Assembly (NCBI GenBank): GCA_013265495.1
Contig: MU058896.1
Location: 62,001-126,000, forward strand
From: Vicugna vicugna
Taxonomy: Eukaryota
DNA length: 64,000 nt
Reading direction: 5' to 3'
Part shown: positions 11,800 through 22,954 of the stretch, in pieces
How positions within the stretch are numbered: the stretch's first letter is position 1
How the letters are laid out: the number at the start of each line of letters is the position of its first letter
Program-made: the position numbers and the translations under genes
The notes under the pieces: model-generated
Database searches by the model: none
Told to the model about the DNA's origin: nothing
What the model saw: the letters and a program-made list of their open reading frames with translations, nothing else

Positions 11800-13760
11800 C
11801 GCGTGGCAAAAGTTGCTTCATCACCCACCCGGCGACTTCAGGGCTGGAGACCGGTTGGCACCGCTGGGTGACCTGCTCGCTGGGGGCGCACTCAGCCCTC
11901 ACCCCCGGGAGGGGCCGCCGGGCTGGGGACAATGAGGGTGCAGGGGTTCCTGTCCCGGGAGTACAGAACTCTCCCTCCCGGCCTCGGTTTCCCCAAGCTC
12001 GGGGACGCAGGCCGGGCCGCGGCTGGGCGGGGGAGCGGCTCCTTTAAGAGGCCCTCCCGCTTCGTCCGCCGCGCCGCGGCCACCGCCCCCCGGCCCTCCC
12101 CTTCCTGCGGCGCCGGGTGCGGGCCGGGCGCGAGTGCGGCGAGAGCGGGCGGGCCAAGCGCAGCGCTGGGAGGCGGCGGCGGCCGGTCGCGGGCGCGGGC
12201 GCGGGAGCCCGAGGAGAGCAGCGCGCGGGCAGCGGCCATGGGCTAGTGGGCCCGGCAGAGCCGAGGCAGCGCTCGCCCCGCGCGCGCCGGGAGCCCCGCA
12301 CACAATAGCGGCGCGCGCAGCCCCGCGCCCTTCCCCCGCCCTCGCGCGCGCCCGCCCCGCGCCCCGCCTCGCGCCCGGGGAGCCTGGCCGCAGCCTCACC
12401 TGCCGCCCGGGAGGGGGCGGACATTGTTCGCACGCCGCCGCCGCGCCGGGCCCCGCGCGCACCCGGGCGGCGCAGGTGAGGCCGGCCGCGCCATGGTGGA
12501 CCCGGTGGGCTTCGCCGAGGCGTGGAAGGCGCAGTTCCCGGACTCGGAGCCGCCGCGCATGGAGCTGCGCTCGGTGGGCGACATCGAGCAGGAGCTAGAG
12601 CGTTGCAAGGCCTCCATCCGGCGCCTGGAGCAGGAGGTGAACCAGGAGCGCTTCCGCATGATCTACCTGCAGACGCTGCTGGCCAAGGAGAAGAAGAGCT
12701 ACGACCGGCAGCGCTGGGGCTTCCGGCGCGCCGCTCAGCCCCCCGACGGCGCCCCAGAGCCCCGCGCTCCGCGCCCCCAGCCCGCGCCCGCCGACGGCGC
12801 CGACCCTCCGCCCGCCGACGAGTCCGAGTCCCGGCCAGATGGAGAGGGTTCCCCGGGTAAAGCCAGGCCCGCGGCCGCTCGCAGGCCCGGGACCGCTGCT
12901 CCCGCGGACCGCGACGACCGGGGGCCCCCCACCAGCGTGGCGGCCCTGCGCTCCAACTTCGAGAGGATCCGCAAGGGCCCGGGCCAGCCAGCGGCGGCGG
13001 ACGCCGAGAAGCCCTTCTATGTGAACGTCGAGTTCCACCACGAGCGCGGCCTGGTGAAGGTCAACGACAAAGACGTCTCGGACCGCATCAGCTCCCTGGG
13101 CACCCAGGCCATGCAGATGGAGCGCAAGAGGTCCCAGCAGGGCGCCGGGCCCGGCCCGGGGGATGCGCCCAGGCCCCCCTACCGCGGGCGCGCCTCCGAG
13201 AGCAGCTGCGGCCTCGACGGCGACTATGAGGACGCCGAGCTGAACCCGCGCTTCCTGAAGGACAACCTGATCAACGCCGACGGCGGCGGCAGGCCTCCCT
13301 GGCCGCCCCTGGAGTACCAGCCCTACCAGAGCATCTACGTCGGGGGCATGATGGTGGAAGGGGAGGGCAAGGGCCCACTCCAGCGCAGCCAGAGCACTTC
13401 GGAGCAGGAGAAGCGCCTTACCTGGCCCCGCAGGTCCTACTCCCCTCGGAGCTTTGAGGACAGCGGAGGCGGCTACACGCCAGACTGCAGCTCCAACGAG
13501 AACCTCACCTCCAGCGAGGAGGACTTCTCCTCGGGCCAGTCCAGCCGCGTGTCCCCGAGCCCCACCACCTACCGCATATTCCGAGACAAGAGCCGCTCGC
13601 CCTCGCAGAACTCCCAGCAGTCCTTTGACAGCAGCAGCCCCCCGACGCCGCAGTGCCAGAAGCGGCACCGGCAGGGCCAGGTGGTCGTGTCCGAGGCCAC
13701 CATCGTGGGCGTCCGCAAGACGGGGCAGATCTGGCCCAACGATGGGGACAGTTTGTCGAG
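11800..13760. promoter_or_regulatory. BCR: CpG island over the BCR promoter, 5' leader and exon 1
   Basis: Very high GC and CpG density. GC box GGGCGG at 12025-12030 and TATA-like 'cctttaagagg' at 12041-12051. Leader blocks 'gagccccgcacacaatagcggcgcgcgcagcc' and 'gcctcacctgcc' match the recalled human BCR leader. TSS probably near 12070 (inferred). Confidence 0.9.
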
Positions 13761-13798
13761 CAGGGTGCCTCAGGATGGCACCTTCCATGGAGACGCAG
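12493..13798 (+). CDS. BCR: BCR exon 1 coding part (435 codons + 1 nt): coiled-coil oligomerisation domain, Grb2-binding YVNV tyrosine, Ser-rich region
   Basis: gcgccATGg Kozak context. MVDPVGFAEAWKAQFPDSEPPRMELRS... is the BCR N terminus. The PFYVNVEF Tyr codon at 13018-13020 is residue 176 here (human Y177). Phase 1 donor GCA G|gtgggt at 13799. Confidence 0.98.
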
Positions 13799-16138
13799 GT
13801 GGGTACCTCCACCCCCTTGGTAGGCACACCTGCCCCTGGCTGGAAACCACTGAGCAGGAGGGACTACAGGGAGGAATAAGTGGACACTTTGGGGAGTGAT
13901 TTTCAGATACTGTTGTGAACTGATTCATGCTGCCCCTGTGCCTGAACAAACTCCATCCTGCTTTCCTCCTGAATGCAAATTCCCAGTGCTTGGAATCAGA
14001 TGGGTTGGGAGGGGTGATGTGTGGGGATGGTAAGCAGCTCATTTCTTTGGTTCCAGAGCCATGTGCTTCTTGTGAGAGTCCTCTCTGTGGGTCAGGACCA
14101 GGATGCCCTGGGCAGTCGTCATCTTGCCCACTGATACTTCCACCCCGGGCAGTTGGGATGGTATAAAGAAGGGGTCAGCTCTGCCACCTAGGTGGATGTT
14201 TTCAGCTGGGATTGATCTGTGTCTTGGGCATTCCCCATCACTTGACCTAGAAGAGTTATGTGACACTTTTGGTGAATCCAAGATGTGCCAGCTGCTCCCA
14301 GGCCTTAAGAGTGTCAGGTTCACTGGTGAGCCAGCAGCCCCAGTGCAAGTCAGAGCAGGTGAAAATGCGAATTAGAAGGAAGATAGGTGACAGGCAGGTC
14401 TGACTCAGTGGGCCACAAAAGATCGCCGGGGTTGAAGATTTTATCTGGGGCCAGAGCGGAGCCACACCCGTTCTGATCTGCCTGGCACTGGTGGGAGACG
14501 TCACCCATCATTACTCACCTCTGTGCCTCTTACCCCACCTCCATTTTCTGATCCTTCGGCACACTCTTCCTCCTGTCTCCCCAAGGTTGCCTGCCCACTG
14601 GTGCTTATTTGGGGCTCCTAATCTGTGGTCTGACTCCCGGCCCTCAGATTAAACCTATGGAATTTTATTGTGTATGTAACTTCTGTGTACAAACGCCTTG
14701 AGATGTTGGGCTGATGGGACCGGGTGTTGCGATCCAGGCACAGTTTGTGATGTTGGGCTGATCCGGTTTTCTGCTCCATTGATTTTTCTTTTTCTGCTGA
14801 TGGATTTGTATGTGCCTCCTCCATCAAGAATCCTCTTGAAGCAAGTGAGGCTATTTTTGGCTCTGTCCAGCGGTCTCTTTGCAATCAGCGCTCTGTCCTG
14901 TTTGTTTTAGGCCCATCCAGTGGCCGGCCCTCCATCTGCAACTGGGTGGCTGTGTTGGTGTTGCTGCGACCTGCGGCCTGGCGCAGCCTCATCCCCTCCG
15001 TCTCTCAGAGCGGGTGGAAGGCTGTAATGTTTAGAAGCCTGCTTTGTAGGCCCATCAGCTCCTCCGGGGTCTGGAGGATTGCCCTGTGGTCACTTGGCAC
15101 CAGCCTCGGCTGGCCAGCTGTCAGCTGAGCGAGCCAGCTTGAACTGGCCCTCAGCGCTGTGGTGCAGGAGGATGTAATTAATAAAGGAGAAAATAAGAGG
15201 TTTTCATGGAGACCTGTCTTCTGAAACGATGTTCTCTAGCTGGTGGAGGATTCTGAGTTTCCAGAAGGTGGGCCCCTGCCGGCTGGGGTGTGTATCAGCA
15301 GGCCCTTCCCTGAGCTCACAGCTCCTGCAGACCGGAGACCCCGGCTCTGTGGGTGACACAGAGCAGGTTCTCGGCTGAGAAGTTAACTTTCCAACTTGGA
15401 CCCCACTCTCAGCACTTTCTGGATCCTTCCCTGAACTGTCCTTCCAGGTTCCACGTTGTCTCTCCTGTTACGTTTTAAAACTCCTGCTGGGTTTAGCTCT
15501 GGGAGCCTTTCAGCTCAGTTGCCAGCACCCTCCTCTGAGGGTTGTGCTGGAGAGGATGGGGGGATCCCGCTCTGGCCCGGCCATCTGTCTCTGTCCTGGC
15601 TGTTTACCCACGTTCTCGGGCCTGGGGACTGCTCGGCAGGGCTGCACCTCTGAAAAGGGCCAGTGATGGAAATCACAGTGTGGGAGGGAGTGGAAGTCAC
15701 TCTAAGACTCTGTAGCAGCAGCAGCTGGTCCGTGGCCTGGACCTAACAGCTTCAGGGTCCCTTTGGATGAGCGGGCTCTGGTGTTTCTGAGTTGAGAGAA
15801 GAAGCTGAAATGACCACCTGCCACTGTGTGCCAGGGCCCCTCGGGTCAGTCCAGGGGGCCTTCCAGCTCCGCACACCCAGGTCCCCCCGCTGTGAACCTT
15901 GCTGCGGGCAGGCTCTTCCCTTGTGCCCCGTGGGCTGCAGAGGAGAGAGTCTGGTCCCTGTCATCTGGGAGCTTACAAATTACAGGGAGACAGGAATGCA
16001 CACGTCACTTATGTGTTCAGAGGGAGCGCGATCAGGGAAGCTTCTGGAAGCAGCTGCACTGGAGAGGGACCTTCTGGTGAGGGGAGCCGTCTGCTTGGAG
16101 GAGCAGTGGGAGCAAAGGCTTGTCACTCTAGACTGTAC

Positions 16139-16250
16139 GTTTTTTTTTTTTTTATCGTGGTGCATTATGTATGACAAAATTTACCGGATTAACCCACTTT
16201 AGACATTTTTGAGTGTATAGGTCAGTGGCATCAAGTATGTTCACACTGTC
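16139..16250 (-). mobile_element. L1MB extreme 3' fragment with poly(T)
   Basis: T15 followed by 'atcgtggtgcattatgtatgacaaaatttacc...gtcagtggcatcaagtatgttcacact'. Confidence 0.7.
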
Positions 16251-17314
16251 AGCTGCGCCCGTCCCTGTCCCTTAAACTCCCTTCAAGGACTTTGGTGACC
16301 CTTTCCTGAATACGGCCACACAGCCAAGGGTCTTTCCTCTTTTGGGTCTCAGGCACCCCCGCCCTGCGTCCCTCTTGAGCTGGGACCCCAGGCCTTTTGT
16401 TTCTTTCGGGCGCTCCTGTGAGTTGCTGCCCTGTTTTTCCACATTTCTGTTAAGCAGCTTCATTTGCCCTTTGGATCCTGGTGACGTGTTAGCGTCAGAA
16501 TGACCACGGCTTTGTTCTTCCCTGGGGCAGCCAGTGTGAGTGAGTAACTGCGGGGCAGTCAGATGTCACCCAGGCCTGGTGTGGGCCCCACCGGCGTCTC
16601 TGGCCCAGCGCCTGTGGTCACCTCCAAGTTGAATGCAGGCTCCTCCCTGTGGACAGAGGCAGAGGGGACAGAACTGGGTGGGGTCTGAGACCACTTAAGT
16701 CACCAATGGAGTGGAAGCAGAACCTATAGTAAATTTTAAAGGGGTTCTCCAGCTCAGGAAGGATGACTTTCTTGTTTTGGGAACAGAAGGAGGCATTTTG
16801 GAACTATCCCGAAAGAAGGAGCTGGGAGTGGTGATTTGTGGGGTCCAAGGGACCGTGGCCCCCCATTCCTCCCTGTTGCCTCATTTGATGCTTCTGGCTT
16901 CAGTGGCCGCCTGCCCTCCCTGGCCGGGAGTCCTGGGCCCAGAGAGTCACCCTTGGCAGGACAGAATCCAGGTGAACCAGGCACCCGGGCCACCTGGGAG
17001 AGGACGCTGCGGGGCGTGAACCTGGGCTGCAGCCCACCCTGCGTCTTTGGGGGACTCACGTTCATGGTGGAGGGAGAGACGTCTTCCAGTGTCGAGTTGC
17101 CAACAATAGGCCTGAGTTTTGACTGAGGCCTCTTAGATCAGGGCTCAGGGGTGGGAGTGGGCGGGTGAAGGATTTAATTAACTGTGAACCCCAGGGGGGA
17201 CTTGACCCCGACTGGAATTACAACCCCAGTGGCTTCTGTTGAATTTTTTCCTTCCTCTTGAAGAAATGTTGTCATTTTATTTAATTAAAATGTGTTGTTT
17301 ATGTATGTATGGTA

Positions 17315-17580
17315 GGATTTTCTTTATCGTGGTAAAATATACGTAACCAAAGGCGGCATTTTTACCATTTTTCAGCGTCCAGCTCAGTGGCATTCAGTGC
17401 AGTCATGTTGTTGTGCAACCATCACTATCTCCAGAACTTTGCATCTTTCTGATGAGAAACTCTGTATCTATTACGCGATAATGCACCTGCCCTTGCCCCC
17501 AGCCCCCGGCAACTGGTTCTGCGTTCCGACCCCATGAATTTACTTGTCCTACGTACCCCAGGTACCTGGAAGCAGGTACT
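17315..17580 (-). mobile_element. L1MB 3' fragment
   Basis: 'ttatcgtggtaaaatatacgtaac...cagtggcattcagtgcagtcatgttgttgtgcaaccatcactatctccagaac'. Confidence 0.8.
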
Positions 17581-17765
17581 AGCTGTCCTGTGTGTCTGGC
17601 TGATCTCACTCACGGAGGGTTTTGAAGCTGCCGTTGCCAGGGGCAGCATTCTCATCCTCAGCGCCGCATCTCTGGTCCTTAATAGGCGTTTCTTTTTAGG
17701 AAAACACCTGTGAGCGATGGGGGTGTTTCCTTGACTGTCACGCCCACATATGTGAAGCGACCCAG

Positions 17766-18095
17766 TGTATTAGTGTGCTCAGGCTGGAAGTCCAAGATCG
17801 AGGTGCCAGCAGGGTTGGTTTCCCCAGAGGCCTCTATCCTTGGCGTGTAGATCCCCCCCTCCCCACCCCGCTGCCCCTTCACCTGGTCATTCCTCTGTGC
17901 AGGTGGACCCCTGGTGACATGTGCGTGCCTAAGATCTCTTATAAAGACACAGTTCAGATTGGTTTAGGGCCCACTCTGATGACCCTGTTTTAACTTAACT
18001 CTTTAAACCCTCACCTCCACACAGTCCTGTTCTGAGGTGCTGGAGGCTAAGACCTCGACATGTGAATTTCGAGGGGGACACAGGTCAGCCCACAG
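17766..18095 (-). mobile_element. MLT1 (MaLR) solo LTR, MLT1B/C-like, internally deleted
   Basis: 'tgtattag...ggctggaagtccaagatcgaggtgccagcagggttggtt...tagggcccactctgatgacc...ttctgaggtgctgg...gggggacaca'. Confidence 0.85.
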
Positions 18096-20819
18096 CCCTC
18101 AGTGAGTCCCTGATTGGGCAGCAGAGAGAGACAGTGTGTGTGCTGGCGGGTTTTAGGAGGAATTCGAGTGAGGTGGGTGGTGTCAAGCAGCCTGGTGGGG
18201 CCAAGAGGACCCAGCCGGGAGAAGGAGAGGCCGCGTCTCTCTCCTCACCTGAAAAGCTACAGGTTGGACCCTGTTGTTGCTAAGATCCTTTCCTTCCATT
18301 CTTAAATTCTTATCTTAAAAGTTTATTAACTTTCCCCATGTCTTTCTCCTGTTTCCTGGTTTATACCTGCGTCTCCTTTACCATGGCAGCCCCCTCTCCC
18401 CTCTCACACAGCGGTGTTTATTGAGCGTCTGCTGAGTGCCAGCCACTGTCTCTGGAAGGTCTCTCTTGCCTTTCTTCACAGGATTGTGGAAAGGCTTCTC
18501 TCCAAGGGCCTTGTCTGAAAAACTAGCGCAGACGAGCGGAACCTTTGTAACGTCCTCACATCCTCCCTGACTGTGTATCTTTCTTTAACTGTGTGTGCAG
18601 CCATTTCCTGTTAATCTTGTGTCTGTCTGCTTTCCTCTGCAGGTTGGTGAGATCCTTAAGGACCTACCTGGGTGTCTGTGTCTGGCGTGTCAGGGGTGTT
18701 TGTGGGTGACAGGTGGAGTGAGACCACCTCTCTGAGGTTTCCCTTTGTTCCGGCCCCTCCGCGCTTACTGGCATCTAAGTGGCCTCAGATTTTCAGGGGC
18801 CTAATGATACAGGTGTCCAGCGAGGGAGATTGTTGGCTTTGAGGTGGTCTGGAGGTAATTTGTCCTTCTTTGCTGAGACTTGGGCTCCCCCTGCTCAACC
18901 CTGAGAGTTTCCCGGATCCCCAGCCTGGGCCTGAGAATCAGCATCTTAGATTCTGGCCTCACTGCTGCTACCTTGCAAAACGACTGTGGATGGCGCGATG
19001 GTGGGTGCCCCCGGGAGATGTGCCTGCCCAGGTCTGGGGGCCGGGTTGGGGGAGGGACTGCGATGCCTGACTTGGGGAGTAAACACGACTTTGGCGCAGG
19101 CTGTGTCATGTACCCATGGAGTGTTCTCGTAAAGTGGCTGGAGTGAGGTTATGACCATAATTGTGCACTGTTGGCGGAGTGGGACTGAGGGGTGTGAGAT
19201 GCACTCCCTTGCCCGAGGTCAGGCGGTTGGCAGCAGGACTGGCGCTGGCCTCTCTCCTAGGCTGGGGGGTGATGCACGAGAGTGGGCCCAGAGTGACCCC
19301 CCAGGGGTGGAGGGGACCTGATCAGTCATTCGGCAAACAAAAAAAATCTCCTGATCTGCATACGTCCTCCGGGGGCGCTTTGCTTAGATTCCTCCAGCAA
19401 GTCGGTGGAGAGGGCCCAAGAGGACAGACGTGTTGGAAGGACACTGCCTGTTCATCGCCTTTTCCATTCAGCAGTCAGATATTGGGGGGTGGAGGGTGGG
19501 ATGCTGACCGGCTCTGCTGCAGGCAGTCCTAGAGGGGGCAGGGGGCAGGGCTGGCTGGAAAGAGATGACAGAGGTGCCCTCATGCACAGAGGGGTCAGCA
19601 TGTGGCCCAGGGAGCCCTAGGAAGGAGCCATCGACAGCATGCAGGAGGGAGAGGGAGAGCCCCACTGCCCCCGCCACCACAGGAGCCAGGCTGGCAGACC
19701 AGGTATGCACAGCCCCAGGGGATCCTCCACGCACGCATGCGCCTCTGTTGGCATAAAAAGAGCCTTTGAAGATTCACTCCATTTTATGGGCCTGACCTGC
19801 TCCCTTTAAAAAATGCTGCTGGGGTCAGTTGGTCTGGAGAGCAGAAAGCGGTTTTCTGCACGTGACACATGTGCACACAGCCTTGCATGGAGCAAGGTCA
19901 ACTTTCTGGAACATGTGTCCTCTAGCCTGGGGAAAGATCGCAGACCTTGAAGGTAGACCTGGATATGCCCGTGATCTGGTGTGTGGCCTTCTGCAGGGAC
20001 TGGATTCTGTTGGCTGGAGAGGACGCCCCCTCCTTGGGGGCTTTGTGGGGGCGTGAGTGCCCAGAACGGTGGCCGCTGGGGTCGGGCCCTCTCTCTCGTC
20101 TCAAAGAGTACCTGCCTCCCCTGGGCATCTGACATCCATGATTGAACAAGCACTTAGCGAGCGATTGTAAAGGGCAGATGCATAGTTTAGCAGGTACAGG
20201 CCCTCTCACCCACTGGGCTCGGCGAGAGTGCTCAGAATGAGCTCCGGTGGGAGGACCCAGGGGTCTGCCGTGGACTTCATCCCACTCCGTTTCCTCTCGC
20301 AGTGTGTCCTGGGCTGAGTGGGGTTCGTTCGTCTTGAAGGTACAGTGTGTATGTGTTTTTCTGCATCGTGGCCCCAAAGGAAAGCCCGCTGCTTCGCCTG
20401 GTGGGCTCTTCGCTCAGCCCGGGGTACCTGGGGCCAGGGCCGCGCCCACCCCTGTGGTGTGGAGGGGGGTCACCTTGCAGGGCTCCTGGGCCACTTGGCC
20501 TTGTGAGTTTTGGGGGCCTGGGAAGCTGGGAGCTGCAGGGAGCTCGATTGTTCGCATAGAGCCCCCCCCCCCCGCTGATTGCAGAGGAAAAGCTTAGAAC
20601 CACTTGGTTCTTGTTTTCAGTGGTTTGTGGGGCCCTGAGAGAGGAGGTGAGAACCTCAGACCTTCTTACTCCAATAGGAAACAGAGGAGAAGGTGGGAAG
20701 CTGTGGGGCTCGCTCAGGCTTCGGCATCCCTAGGCTCCCGAGCAGGTTGCCAGGGCTCTGCAGAGCAGAGGGTGCTGCCCCGGGTCATGTCGGGGGGACG
20801 GTGGACAGCTGGGCCCAAT

Positions 20820-21100
20820 GTGTCTTCACCATTTGAAGCGTCCAGCTCAGTGGCATTAAGTGCATTCACTTTGCTGTGCAACCATCACCTCCATCCATCT
20901 CCAGAACCTTGCTGTTTCCCCACTGAAAGCCTGGCCCCGTTAGGCAGTAACCCCCCCTCCCCCAGCCCCTAGCAGGACCACTGTCCTTGCTGTCCCTGTG
21001 CGTCTGCTCCGGGGGCCTCGCAGGAGTGGACTCACGGCACTTGTTCTTTTGCGTCCGGCTTGTGTCACTGAGCACAGTGACTTCACCGATTCTCCCTCAG
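20820..21100 (-). mobile_element. L1MB 3' fragment, strongly GC-shifted
   Basis: 'cagctcagtggcattaagtgcattcactttgctgtgcaaccatcacctccatccatctccagaac'. Confidence 0.75.
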
Positions 21101-22954
21101 GCCTCTCGTTGCCGGCCCTGGATGGTGGCCGGACAGCAGGACCCGGAGAGGCTGAGCCACCAAGTCCTCTGCTTGGTGCATGGGGGGGCGGATGGTGCTT
21201 GGGGAGCATGCTGCGTTTTGCACAGTGGCTTCCCCCAGAGGGGGAGCAGCAGGGACCCTCACAGCTGACCGTCCGAGGCTTTAGGTGGGGGACTGGGGGT
21301 GTCCTGCAGGCTTGAGGTTAGTAGATAGGGCGATCTTCATCCCTGGCCCTCCCTGATGTCCTGGAGCGGCTGTGCCGCGACGGCGGGGGGACACACAGGC
21401 TAGGCCAGCCTTGCCTGTCCCCACCTCTCCTGTTCTCTGCGAGGCTTAGGGGTCCCCGTGCTGGGTTCAGAGCTGTCATCCGATTGCCCGGAAGCCTTGG
21501 TGACCTGACCTGCGAATTCTCTCAGGAGACACTCAGCTCGGCGGGTTCGCCCTCTGGGCGTGTGTGTGTGCAAAATCTGTTTTCACTCAAATCTTAGACC
21601 TTAGACTGAAAAGGGGAACTCACTCGCGGGTGAAAGCTTTCCACTTTCTCCCTTGGGAACGTGGGTGAACATGTCCGCTTTGGGGCCCTGCGGGGCGATC
21701 TGGATCGGAGACCGCCACGCCCGCGAGGAGGCCCTAGGGGACAGCATCACGGAGCAGCCGAATGGGCCACCCTTGTCCCCCAGAGCGGCGGGGCAGCGCT
21801 GCCTGAATCTGGCCCTACAAAATCCAGGTTGTGAAGATGAACATAAGTCTGGGTTCCCCTCCTGTGGTATTTTGTCAGCGACCAGATGGTGTGAATCATT
21901 GTAGCAGACTCTTCTCTGTGGAAGGTGGGGAGACTCCGGGAAGGGGGCAGCGGGGGAGGGGCAGTGGTGGAGATCTGGTCCTGGCACTCCTTGTCACTTC
22001 CCAGCTTCCCCACCCTGTGGGGCCTATGCTGGCTCTTAATCCTCACTGGGTCTGCGGTCCCGGGGTCCGGAAGCCTTGGCAGGGAAGCCAGGAAGGCTTA
22101 GGGCTGAGACCGGCCTGCTGGCTACCCAGAAGAGACACTTTGTTCTGACCACTCAGGAGTGTCCGCTGGGCTGGACACTGATTCTGCAGGCGGCAGGTGC
22201 GAAACCACCATGGTCAGCTGCTGGGGTGTGACAGGCAGGGTTCCAGAGTGTCAGAACCAGAGAGCCCTGCCGGCCACCCTGTGAGTGCAGGGACTACGTC
22301 TGGGAGGAGAACAGAGTGTGGGTGCCTCTTTCTCTCTGGCCCCAAAGCGCTGGGCTCCCTCAAGTATGTGCATTAATCAGACCTGTTCCTAAGGGAGGAG
22401 GGTCACTGTGTGTTTATTAGGCTCTGAGTCATGCACGACGGGGCATGTCTGTAAATAAGACCTTGGACATCAGAGGCCGAGGTGGGGCTTGCTCGTGGGA
22501 AGCTCCCTCTGTCCTCGGGGTGTGTGCTGACACCATGCTGGCCCCCCATGGGCTCCAGGGTGTGTAGACCCGGCAGGAGCAGCGGGTCAGGACCCACGTA
22601 CTGCCCTTGACTGTTCCCTTGTGGAGCTGCTTCGAGGGGGCTTTAAAGGCTGGGCTGGGCCGGGCTTTGGGTCACTTGGGAAAGATCTGGGTCCTGCCTG
22701 GTATCCATGGACATGTCCGGGCCCTGTGAGGCCATGGCTTTACTCTGCATGGTGCCGCTAAGCCCAGAGGCTCAGCAGGGGGGTGACGGGAACTGGAGGC
22801 ATTTGGCCTGGTGGAGATTGAAGGCAGCATCTCTGTCCTGCCTGCCCACGTGGACCGCCTCCGCTGTGTTAGAAAAGTCACACACATCCCCACAGCTGGT
22901 CGCTCCTGGAGAGTCTGATTAGTGAGATTCTTCTTATTTTTGCCTAGTAATAGT

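Noticed and set aside
13751-13773. GT...AG inside the exon 1 insertion as a micro-intron
   Set aside because: Only 23 nt, too short for the spliceosome, and not a multiple of three.
12595-13827. 410-aa minus-strand ORF over BCR exon 1
   Set aside because: Typical antisense shadow of a GC3-rich coding exon. Low-complexity Gly/Ala/Val/Leu content, GTG start, no recognisable domain.
12424-13899. 491-aa ORF taken as the complete exon 1 product
   Set aside because: It starts at a TTG in poor context 23 codons upstream of the true ATG and runs 101 nt past the splice donor into intron 1. The CDS is 12493-13798.
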